From Treponemataceae bacterium (GTDB taxonomy: Bacteria > Spirochaetota > Spirochaetia > Treponematales > Treponemataceae), in assembly GCA_024402495.1 (NCBI GenBank), contig JAKSTR010000002.1, positions 16,708 to 80,707 on the forward strand: a stretch of 64,000 bases of DNA, in the 5' to 3' direction. Position numbers and translations under genes: made by a program. The notes beneath the pieces were generated by a model that worked only from the letters and a program-made list of their open reading frames with translations, made no database searches and was not told the DNA's origin. Shown here piece after piece: positions 17,781 to 25,551 of this stretch (the stretch's first letter is position 1; the number at the start of each line of letters is the position of its first letter).

Positions 17781-17880
17781 ATATTTCCACCCAAAAAGTA
17801 TTAGTTAATTTGTTGCTTCAATATCGGCTTATACAAAACCGATGTTAAGAATTTTCTGTTTTCTGCGCTGAAAACTACTT

Positions 17881-17899
17881 TATATTATAGAAGAAAGTT
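17881..17899. repeat. 19-mer TATATTATAGAAGAAAGTT, copy 2 of 2
   Basis: Identical to 2194-2212. Lies between the divergent ATPase and Ctp protease genes. Confidence 0.85.
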
Positions 17900-17907
17900 T
17901 TGCTATA

Positions 17908-17935
17908 TTGACAAAAAGTGTCTTGCTCTTAAAAT
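17908..17935 (+). promoter_or_regulatory. sigma-70-type promoter abutting the ctp start codon (leaderless candidate)
   Basis: TTGACA (17908-17913), 16-nt spacer, TAAAAT (17930-17935), then 6 nt (aagggc) to ATG 17942. Confidence 0.45.
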
Positions 17936-17941
17936 AAGGGC

Positions 17942-19486
17942 ATGAAATTTTCACATTTTTTTCTAAAATATTCAGCAAAAAGCACACTTTCACTTTTTAT
18001 TGCTGTTTTATTAGTATTTTCTTCTTGTGCCCAGGCAGAAGCCCAGAAAGAAAGCGCTTCTACCCAGCTTAAGGAAGAAAAACCACAGCTTTCGCAGGCT
18101 GAACGTTCTTTATTGACACGCCAGTACACTGACATGATTCGCAGTGTTTTTATGTTTGTTGAACAGAATTACGTTGACGAAGTTGACCCGACGGTTTTGT
18201 ACGAAGGCGCAATGAAAGGCATGCTCGATTCTTTGGGCGACCAGTATACCGTTTATCTGGATAAATCTCAGATGCGTGATTTGAACGATACTACTACCGG
18301 CAATTTCGGCGGGGTAGGTCTTTCCATAACAAAACCGAATGTTTCTACACCGGAAAAACCGGCTTATGTAGAAGTTGCTTCTCCAATCGAAGGCACTCCG
18401 GGCTGGCGTGCCGGCATTCAGGCAGGAGACCTGATTATTTCAATTGACGACACGAACACCGCAGATATTACGATGGAAGAAGTTCTTTCAAAATTGCGCG
18501 GCACCCCGAACACCGATGTAAAGGTTGTTATTCGCCGCGGAAAAAACATGGAATTTCCGGTTGTTCTTACCCGCGCAATCATCGAAGTTCCTTCCGTAAA
18601 ATGGTGCATGATTGACGACATCGGCTACCTGCGCATTACGGAATTTGCCGCAAATACGCCGGAACGCGTTCAGCAGGCTTTAAATAGTTTTGAAGAAAGC
18701 AATTACAAATCTATGATTATAGATTTGCGCAGCAACCCCGGCGGCTTGATTAACAGCGTCGTAGAAGTTGCAGACAAATTCATTTCAAGCGGAACGATTG
18801 TTTCTACAAAAAGCCGCATTCAGTCGGAAAACAGAGTGTTCTCGGCAAAAAGCAACAGTACCTGCGTGCCCAAAAACATGCCGGTTATCGTTCTTATTAA
18901 CCGTGGCTCGGCAAGTGCTTCAGAAATCCTTTCGGGTGCGCTTAAAGATTATCACCTTGCATATCTTGTAGGCGAAAAAACTTACGGCAAAGGGCTTGTT
19001 CAGCAGGTTATTCCGCTTAATTTGAACGACGACGGCTTTAAGTTTACAACTTCGCGCTATTATACGCCGAGCGGTGCAAACATCAACAAAATCGGCATTC
19101 CGCCGGACCGCGAAGTTCTGTATCCGGTTTTAAGCGAAGACGAAGAAAAAGCTTATATTGATTTGCTTAATTCGGGCGAAATTGAAAAATATGCGGAAGA
19201 CCACCCGGATATGACTTTGGCAGATGCCGAAGCTTTTGCTAAAACTTTGGGCAAAACATACAAGCTGGAAGACCGTGTTCTCCGCAAGCTGGTTCGCAAC
19301 CAGTATTACCGCAAGCATACGGAACCTCTGTATGATCTGGATTACGACATCCAGCTGAACGAGGCTATAAGAATTATCCGCAAGGAAAATTTCAACAGCC
19401 TGATGAAGAAAACCAAAACCATTATTGAATTGCAGGCTGAAGCAGAAAAAAAGGCAGCAGCTGAAGAAAAAACGAGCAAAAACTGA
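17942..19486 (+). CDS. S41-family carboxy-terminal processing protease (lipoprotein)
   Basis: Lipobox VFSSC and a PDZ region. Catalytic motifs GSASASEI and TYGKG. Confidence 0.88.
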   Translation: MKFSHFFLKYSAKSTLSLFIAVLLVFSSCAQAEAQKESASTQLKEEKPQLSQAERSLLTRQYTDMIRSVFMFVEQNYVDEVDPTVLYEGAMKGMLDSLGDQYTVYLDKSQMRDLNDTTTGNFGGVGLSITKPNVSTPEKPAYVEVASPIEGTPGWRAGIQAGDLIISIDDTNTADITMEEVLSKLRGTPNTDVKVVIRRGKNMEFPVVLTRAIIEVPSVKWCMIDDIGYLRITEFAANTPERVQQALNSFEESNYKSMIIDLRSNPGGLINSVVEVADKFISSGTIVSTKSRIQSENRVFSAKSNSTCVPKNMPVIVLINRGSASASEILSGALKDYHLAYLVGEKTYGKGLVQQVIPLNLNDDGFKFTTSRYYTPSGANINKIGIPPDREVLYPVLSEDEEKAYIDLLNSGEIEKYAEDHPDMTLADAEAFAKTLGKTYKLEDRVLRKLVRNQYYRKHTEPLYDLDYDIQLNEAIRIIRKENFNSLMKKTKTIIELQAEAEKKAAAEEKTSKN

Positions 19487-20397
19487 TGCGCCAGTTTGTT
19501 TTGACCCAAAACCTTGCAAAAGACGGAACTCTTTGGATAAACGGAAAAGATTTTAAGTATTTGGCACAGGTTTTGCGGCTGAAAACCGGCGACACAATTC
19601 AGGCAAGGCTGCCGGACGGTGGTCTTTGCCAGCTTGAATTGGCTATAAAAGAAAAAAATCGCCTGCTTTTAAGCAAAATAAAAGATGTGCAGCCGGCATT
19701 AAGCCAGAATGCAGAAGAAAACAGCGAAACCGTTGCCGGTTCAACTTACGTAGGCGGCGTAAAGGCTGAAAACGTTGAACAAAGCGACCAGCTTATAGAA
19801 GAAAACGGCGCGGTTCGCGGTTTTGGCACGGCAATCTGGCTGTTACAGTGCATGCCCAAAGCCGCCAAATTCGATTCTGTTATCCGCCAGTGTACCGAAA
19901 TTGGCGTTGAAAAAATATTTCCTGTATTAAGCGACCGTTCGGTTTATGCAAAAAGCGACGGCGACGGCAACAAGCTGGAACGCTGGAACCGGCTGATAAA
20001 AGAAGCCCGGCAGCAGTCGGCGTCTCCTGTAAATACCCGGATTTTTTCGCCGCAGAAAATGAATGAGGTTCTGCAAAATTTACAAACTTCAATCGAAAAC
20101 ATTACAAATTCAACAAATAATGACGATTTTAAAATATGTAAACTTGTACTGACCGAAGCCCCGCTGGATAAAAAAATGCTGCACGAATTTCTGGCAGAAA
20201 AGCCAAAGCTTGTGGTGCTTGCCGTGGGCAGCGAAGGCGGAATAAGTCCTGACGAATTGAACCAGCTTTACGATTGCGGCTTTAAGCCCCTGCATTTGCA
20301 GTGCAATGTTTTACGTGCCGAAACTGCGGCAATTTATGCAGTTTCTTCGGTGCAGATTTTAATGACGGAGTGTGCCAAATGGCTGCCAAACGCATAG
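19486..20397 (+). CDS. rsmE: 16S rRNA (uracil1498-N3)-methyltransferase
   Basis: RsmE-type C-terminus GSEGGISPDE ... VLRAETA. Shares an ATGA-type overlap with the upstream stop. Carries an internal ~55-aa insertion. Confidence 0.75.
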   Translation: MRQFVLTQNLAKDGTLWINGKDFKYLAQVLRLKTGDTIQARLPDGGLCQLELAIKEKNRLLLSKIKDVQPALSQNAEENSETVAGSTYVGGVKAENVEQSDQLIEENGAVRGFGTAIWLLQCMPKAAKFDSVIRQCTEIGVEKIFPVLSDRSVYAKSDGDGNKLERWNRLIKEARQQSASPVNTRIFSPQKMNEVLQNLQTSIENITNSTNNDDFKICKLVLTEAPLDKKMLHEFLAEKPKLVVLAVGSEGGISPDELNQLYDCGFKPLHLQCNVLRAETAAIYAVSSVQILMTECAKWLPNA

Positions 20398-21179
20398 ATT
20401 TATTGTCGGTTCCCGTTGATATTATTCAAGGTGAAGAATTAGAAGAAGAAATTCTGGCAATGCTGGCAAAACCCAGCGCCAAGCAGATTGTGTTTCTGTC
20501 TGTATGGGATTTGTTGCGCGCCCGTATAAATGCCGAATATCTGGTTGCGCTGCGCAATGCGGATTTGATTCTGCCGGTTTCAAAATCGATTATCCGTGGC
20601 GCAAAGTTTTTAAAAATGCCTGTACCGCAGCGCTACAATCAGTTTGACGCGGTTATAAAAGTTCTGGGTATTCTGGACCGCCACTATAAAAGCCTGTTTT
20701 TGTTTGGTGCGCACAAAAAAAGCCTTATGACCGCGGAACGCAATGTCCGTTTTACGTTTCCGGGGCTGCAAATTGTAGGGCGCTATGTGGGCTATTATCC
20801 CAAAGACGCAGAAAAAAATATTACTCAGGCAATTTTTAAGGCATCGCCTTCGCTTGTTTTAATTGGCAGCGGCATAAAAAAAGGCGTGCTTTGGGTTCAC
20901 CGCCGGCGAAACGTATTCAACAACAGCATATTTTTGTGGTACAGCGACGTAATTGATATTTTTTCTTCGCGCAAAAAAAGAATTTCGCCTAAGGTATTTG
21001 AAAAAGGGCTGGAAATCTGGCCTGCAATTTTCAGAAATCCGCTGCGCATATTCTTAATTTTTCCGTTTATGTGGTACAAACTGCTTTTGCTTGGCTACAG
21101 AATCAGCGGGAAAACCGGTTACCAGCAGCCGGAAGAAAGCGGCACGCAGGCAGAATCCGCCGGCGAACAAACCGAATGA
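20379..21179 (+). CDS. WecB/TagA/CpsF-family (GT26) glycosyltransferase
   Basis: ATG 20379 (MAAKRIDLLSVPVD...) is in frame with track ORF 20301 and overlaps the rsmE end by 19 nt. The N-terminal pattern is typical of the family. Confidence 0.7.
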   Translation: MAAKRIDLLSVPVDIIQGEELEEEILAMLAKPSAKQIVFLSVWDLLRARINAEYLVALRNADLILPVSKSIIRGAKFLKMPVPQRYNQFDAVIKVLGILDRHYKSLFLFGAHKKSLMTAERNVRFTFPGLQIVGRYVGYYPKDAEKNITQAIFKASPSLVLIGSGIKKGVLWVHRRRNVFNNSIFLWYSDVIDIFSSRKKRISPKVFEKGLEIWPAIFRNPLRIFLIFPFMWYKLLLLGYRISGKTGYQQPEESGTQAESAGEQTE

Positions 21180-21243
21180 TTCTGGGTATTGCATAGAATT
21201 GCAGTTTTTGAAGCCAGCCTTTTTGTTTACCCAAAATTGAACA

Positions 21244-21259
21244 TGGCAAAAAAGCTGCA
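21244..21259 (+). promoter_or_regulatory. sigma-54 (-24/-12) promoter candidate
   Basis: TGGCAaaaaagcTGCA has the exact GG-N10-GC spacing of the TGGCAC-N5-TTGCW consensus. It lies 78 nt upstream of the activator gene start. Confidence 0.5.
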
Positions 21260-21336
21260 ATTTGGCACTAAAATTATCATTGTAAAAAATACATAATCTT
21301 TACAAAGATTTTGCCGCAAGGCAAAAGGAGAGAGCT

Positions 21337-22491
21337 TTGGAACGATTTTTGCTGATAAGTAGGAATTTGGGCTTAAAGGCGTTTTTGCAGAAAATAGCTT
21401 TTGATACAGAAATCAAACTTTTCGATTTTAATTTTGACAGTTTTCCGGGTAAAAACGAAAACTATGCAATCATCGTCGATTATTCCTGCCTGAAAGAAAT
21501 AAAAGCAAAGTTGTGCAATTTGAAAAAACACTGCGCGGCTTGCTTTGCTTTTAAAGAAACTTTGTGTCTTTGCGTTGAACGAAAACTTTTTCCGTCTTTT
21601 GGGCGTTTTAAAAGTCACTGCGAAGAATTCGGTTTAAAAAATCTTTTGAACGGCACTTTTGAAGACTTTGATTTTACCAGCAAAGTTGCCTCGTTCTTAA
21701 AAAATCCCCGCTGTTCCTTCCAGATTTCAAAATTGCCAGGCTTCAGAACCAATAAAAACCTTCAAATCTTTCCAAAAGAACTAGCCGGTATTGCGGCGCA
21801 GAATTTTCAAACCCGGCGTTTGTTTGAAAAATTTGTAAACAGCGCCGAACCGATTTTAATTTGCGGCGAATCCGGTACGGGTAAAGGATATTTTGCAAAA
21901 CTGCTGCACAAACATTCGGCGCGCGCCGCCAATCCTTACCGCGAAATCAACATGGCAAACGTGCCCGAAACCCTTGCCGAAAGCGAACTTTTGGGTACGG
22001 TAAAAGGCGCTTTTACCGGCGCAGACCAGCGAATCGGCTGTTTTGAACAGACCAGCGGCGGCAGTCTGCTTTTGGACGAAATTGCCTGTATGTCTATGTA
22101 TATGCAGAGCAAGCTTTTACAGCTTTGCGAAACCAAAATATTTTACCGTCTAGGTTCCAGTACGCCGGTAAAAATGGACAGCCGTATTTTTGCCGCCACC
22201 AATGCCGATCTGGAAGCTTTGATTAAAACCGGGCTTTTCAGGGAAGATTTGTATTTCCGCCTGAAAACTTTGCAGGTTCATCTTGCGCCGCTTCGCCAGC
22301 GTATCGAAGACATTCCTTTTTTAATAGAACCTTTGCTGGCGCAGAAGCAGAAACTGCTTACGGCGGGTGCGTACAAAAAACTTTCGGCGTACTGCTGGCC
22401 GGGCAACATACGCGAACTTTTGGCGTGCATAAAGCGCAGCTGCCTGCAAAGCGACAGCGTTCTGTTAAATTCCTGCGACATTCTGTTTTGA
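21337..22491 (+). CDS. sigma-54-dependent AAA+ activator lacking a C-terminal DNA-binding domain
   Basis: Walker A GESGTGKG, GAFTGA loop (VKGAFTGADQR), Walker B LLLDEI, and WPGNIREL. The ORF ends ~25 aa after that motif, so there is no HTH. TTG start with SD AAGGAGAG. Confidence 0.85.
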   Translation: MERFLLISRNLGLKAFLQKIAFDTEIKLFDFNFDSFPGKNENYAIIVDYSCLKEIKAKLCNLKKHCAACFAFKETLCLCVERKLFPSFGRFKSHCEEFGLKNLLNGTFEDFDFTSKVASFLKNPRCSFQISKLPGFRTNKNLQIFPKELAGIAAQNFQTRRLFEKFVNSAEPILICGESGTGKGYFAKLLHKHSARAANPYREINMANVPETLAESELLGTVKGAFTGADQRIGCFEQTSGGSLLLDEIACMSMYMQSKLLQLCETKIFYRLGSSTPVKMDSRIFAATNADLEALIKTGLFREDLYFRLKTLQVHLAPLRQRIEDIPFLIEPLLAQKQKLLTAGAYKKLSAYCWPGNIRELLACIKRSCLQSDSVLLNSCDILF

Positions 22492-22503
22492 AGAAATAAA
22501 AAA

Positions 22504-22539
22504 AGCCCCGGCATAGTGAAATTTTTCAATTTACCGGGG
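22504..22539. terminator. hairpin between convergent genes
   Basis: GCCCCGG (22504-22510) pairs with CCGGGGC (22533-22539) across a 22-nt loop. A-run before it. Confidence 0.45.
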
Positions 22540-22584
22540 CGTATTTAGCAGAAATGCTAAAAAATTATAAAAAATAAGTAGATT

Positions 22585-23319
22585 TCAGCTGTTGTTCTGG
22601 TTTTTGCTAAAAAGCCCGGCGGCTTTGTTGAATATTTTTTCAATATACGCTGCTTCTCCTTCAGAAATTGCCGCGCGCGACAAAAGGTTCTGCCAGAACT
22701 GTTCCATGTCCGGTCTGCCGGCAAGTGAAAAAAATCCCATTTTCTGCAAATCGTCTGTAAGAATGTTTACGGTTTTTTCAATACGCGTCTGGTCTACCGG
22801 CGTGTAGCCCGGCGAAAATTCTTTGCTTGCCCTAAAAAGCGCATACGCCATAACCTGTACCGCGTGCGAAAGATTCAGCGAACCTGAACCGTCCTTGCTG
22901 CTGGTGGGAATTGTTACGCCCGTGTTGCATATTGCAAGTTCTTCGTCTGTTAAGCCGGTTCTTTCGTTGCCAAAAACCAGCGCAATTGTGCCGTCTGTAA
23001 AGGCGCTGCATTTTTCTGCAAATTCTTCGGGCAAAAGCAGCCAGTCCTTGCGCATTTTTCCGCGCCGCCGGGTAGTGCCTGCTACCCAGACGCAGTCTCT
23101 TACGGCTTGTGTCAAATCCGGGTAAAACTGCGCATTTTGCCAGATATTGAAAGCATGAACAGACAAAACTGCAATTTTTTCTTCATCATAATCGCTTTTT
23201 TTTCCCACAATCCGCAATTGATGAATGTCCATGTTCTTCATTGCCCTGCAAACCGAACCGATGTTGCGGCTTTCGTCCGGGCGGCATAAAATAATTGCTG
23301 TCTGCTGTGTTGTGGTCAT
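22585..23319 (-). CDS. SpoU/TrmJ-like RNA 2'-O-methyltransferase
   Basis: SPOUT motifs FGNERTGLTDEEL and IPTS...SLNLSHAVQV. ATG 23319 (MTTTQQTAIILCRPD) is preferred over the track start at 23397. Confidence 0.8.
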   Translation of the reverse strand: MTTTQQTAIILCRPDESRNIGSVCRAMKNMDIHQLRIVGKKSDYDEEKIAVLSVHAFNIWQNAQFYPDLTQAVRDCVWVAGTTRRRGKMRKDWLLLPEEFAEKCSAFTDGTIALVFGNERTGLTDEELAICNTGVTIPTSSKDGSGSLNLSHAVQVMAYALFRASKEFSPGYTPVDQTRIEKTVNILTDDLQKMGFFSLAGRPDMEQFWQNLLSRAAISEGEAAYIEKIFNKAAGLFSKNQNNS

Positions 23320-23326
23320 GCTTAAA

Positions 23327-23355
23327 ATGATATATTTCTTAAAACTGTTTGACAA
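23327..23355 (-). promoter_or_regulatory. promoter abutting the start codon (leaderless candidate)
   Basis: Minus strand: TTGTCA (23355-23350), 17-nt spacer, TATCAT (23332-23327), then 7 nt to ATG 23319. No SD. Confidence 0.4.
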
Positions 23356-23453
23356 GTCTTTTGTACACAGTGTATATTTTAATAAGTGATAAAACAATTT
23401 TGCTTTTTAGCGTTGTTTTCTTATTCCTTTAACATATAAACGGTGGTGATTTT

Positions 23454-24005
23454 ATGGCTAGTAATGATGATATTGTACCTGGTTTTAATGAGGAAAAAGA
23501 TGACAGCTTGCGCATAACTTTGGAACGCCCGGAAGAGAGTTCTGCTTGCATCATTTTGTACCTCAATGGATATATTGATACTTACAATTCTGCATTTTTT
23601 CAAAAACGCGTGCAGGCAGTTGTAGAAGCTGGTTATGCTAACCTTATTTTTAACTGTGCTGCATTGAATTATGTTTCTTCAACCGGTATCGGTTCTTTTA
23701 CAGCATTCTTAAAACTTGTAAAACCAAAGGGCGGCGACATTGTACTTCTGGACATTCAGCCAAAAGTATACGAAGTTTTCCAGCTTTTAGGTTTTTCTCA
23801 GTTCTTTAATATTAAAGACAATCTTTCTGATGCAATCGCTTTTTTCCGTCAGGATTTTGCAGAAGATTCAGAAATCTTTCCTAAAGTATTTGCCTGCCCG
23901 GTTTGTGCCAAAAAACTTAAGGCTATTAAACCCGGTCGTTTTAGATGCAGCGAATGTAAATCTATTTTGGCAATTGACAGCAAAGGCGAAGTTTCTGTTG
24001 GCTGA
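23454..24005 (+). CDS. STAS-domain anti-sigma-factor antagonist fused to a C-terminal zinc ribbon
   Basis: SpoIIAA-like core with YVSSTGIG. CPVC-X13-CSEC at 23895-23957. SD GGTGGTGA. Confidence 0.8.
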   Translation: MASNDDIVPGFNEEKDDSLRITLERPEESSACIILYLNGYIDTYNSAFFQKRVQAVVEAGYANLIFNCAALNYVSSTGIGSFTAFLKLVKPKGGDIVLLDIQPKVYEVFQLLGFSQFFNIKDNLSDAIAFFRQDFAEDSEIFPKVFACPVCAKKLKAIKPGRFRCSECKSILAIDSKGEVSVG

Positions 24006-24035
24006 TGCCTGTTAATTTTACCAGTTGAACAAATG

Positions 24036-24066
24036 AAAAGCCCGGTTTTGTGCCGGGTTTTTGTAT
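24036..24066 (+). terminator. rho-independent terminator after the STAS gene
   Basis: AAAAGCCCGG / CCGGGTTTTT stem with a 7-nt loop and a T-rich tail. Confidence 0.65.
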
Positions 24067-24250
24067 TTTAAAGTGCACAAAATATGGCAGAATTTTTTCT
24101 GGTTCGCGTATTTTTGTGCTTTTTTTTTGCATATTTTAGGCTGAGCTTTTTCGGTTTGCATGCGGTTTGTGGCGGCTGCTTGAACGATGTGATTTTTTTA
24201 TTAATTTTTATATAAAGTTTATTTTATTTGTGCCGAATGGCGTTTAAGCC

Positions 24251-24293
24251 TGTGTAAAGCTTGTGGAAAACTTGTAAGTTTTATTGTGGAAAA
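24251..24293 (-). promoter_or_regulatory. cluster of three DnaA-box-like 9-mers (minus strand TTTTCCACA x2 plus CTTTACACA)
   Basis: TGTGGAAAA occurs at 24262-24270 and 24285-24293. TGTGTAAAG at 24251-24259 is an 8/9 match. All three have the same orientation and match TTWTNCACA. Confidence 0.35.
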
Positions 24294-24482
24294 CCAAGAT
24301 TATATCTTGCAAAAATATTTTCTGCAAAATGATACTGGCTAAAATTTTTATTTAATTTGTAAGTGTTTGTAAAATAACAAAATATCTTTTGCTCTGTATA
24401 CATTTATCCGTTTTTAAAGTATCAGCCGGTTTCTGTTTTCCTTCAGTTTTTAATATTTGCTCGTTCTGCCCGGTGAAAAACT

Positions 24483-24491
24483 TGTGGAAAA
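24483..24491 (-). promoter_or_regulatory. fourth DnaA-box-like 9-mer inside a repeated 15-mer
   Basis: TGTGGAAAA lies within CTTGTGGAAAACTTG (24481-24495), which is identical to 24260-24274. Confidence 0.35.
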
Positions 24492-24548
24492 CTTGCGGTT
24501 ATTTTCTGTTTTCAAACACTTCTAAATGGCAAAAAATATGGTTTTTGG

Positions 24549-25550
24549 TTGTTTTTATCGTTACTTCGTGTTATTTTTAAAGATGTGAAAAAAGCCTTAT
24601 TTCTTATTCCAAAGTTTTTAGTATTATTCTTGTTATTTACGGTTTTAGCCGCTTTTGCCTATATGTTCTATTGCCAGTGCGAATTAATGATTATTGGCAA
24701 CCAAATCGGTATATTTTCGTTAAAAAGTTTTTTAGCCGGAATAATTTTAACCATTCCTTTTACTTCAATTTTCAGCCTGTTTCTGCTTTTCGTTTCGTGC
24801 ATTCGTAACCACAACTATACGGCGTGGTCTGCCGGCGTAATATTTTTTGTGGCGCTTTTAATATTTTCTACTATTATACCGCTTGCCTTTAATGCAAGGC
24901 TGAATGTTATTGATTCTGCGGCAGCTGGACAGCAAAAACCGGCTTTGCAGCTGCACAGCGGCTATTTTAAAACCACAGATTTTGGCGATTATTATTTTCT
25001 GGATGTTGAAGGGCGTGCTTTTGCAAGCGGCGTTTTTGTATCGGGTGCAAAAATGCAGGAAGAAAATAAACTGATAGAAACTTTCAGGAACGAATCTTTT
25101 GAAGCTACGCCGCCGGGTTTTGCAAAAGATTATCAGCTTGCAACCCAAAGCGTGCGGCTGCCGCGTTCTTTTGGCATGATTCTGGATGCTTTAAACGCCA
25201 TTTGCGATTTTGCCTACGCCGCGTATGCAAAAGGCTGGTTTACGTATTTTTGCTGTGCTTCAATCGCCTGCGCACTGCTTTCCATGTGGGCGGTTTCTTT
25301 CGTTTCTACATGGCCGCTGCTGTGCGTTCTTTTTATTCTGTACGATTTTGCAGCCGCCGTTGCCTTAAATTTTGCAATCGTTGCAACGCCTTTTGCAGCT
25401 TCGGCGATAAGTTTTATAAGCGAATGGATTAGTCCGGCTTTGGCGCAATACGTTTTGCTGCTTGCGGCAAACCTTTTATATTTTTTGATTTTTACTATCT
25501 TTGGATTTGGGGCTCATCTGAAGCGCCGGCATCAGAGTTTAGGAGCATAG
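24549..25550 (+). CDS. polytopic membrane protein, 3+3 TM with a central soluble domain (LptF/LptG-like topology)
   Basis: 333-aa ORF. The start is uncertain: TTG 24549 or GTG 24585 giving MKKALFLIPK. The hydrophobic segment pattern was read from the translation. Confidence 0.7.
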   Translation: MFLSLLRVIFKDVKKALFLIPKFLVLFLLFTVLAAFAYMFYCQCELMIIGNQIGIFSLKSFLAGIILTIPFTSIFSLFLLFVSCIRNHNYTAWSAGVIFFVALLIFSTIIPLAFNARLNVIDSAAAGQQKPALQLHSGYFKTTDFGDYYFLDVEGRAFASGVFVSGAKMQEENKLIETFRNESFEATPPGFAKDYQLATQSVRLPRSFGMILDALNAICDFAYAAYAKGWFTYFCCASIACALLSMWAVSFVSTWPLLCVLFILYDFAAAVALNFAIVATPFAASAISFISEWISPALAQYVLLLAANLLYFLIFTIFGFGAHLKRRHQSLGA

Positions 25551-25551
25551 C

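Noticed and set aside
21263-21278. Second TGGCAC immediately after the sigma-54 promoter candidate
   Set aside because: TGGCACtaaaaTTATC has AT instead of the essential GC at -12, so it is unlikely to function on its own.
24186-24495. The DnaA-box-like cluster as the true chromosomal origin
   Set aside because: No dnaA, dnaN or other origin-linked genes are nearby. Gene orientation does not diverge from this point: the left flank is mostly plus-strand, and from 27.5 kb the right flank is a long minus-strand run. I keep it only as a DnaA-box-like or operator candidate.
24389-24580. 63-aa ORF in the long intergenic region
   Set aside because: It has no SD, and its F/C/S-rich composition is typical of translating T-rich non-coding DNA. 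It overlaps the repeated 15-mer.
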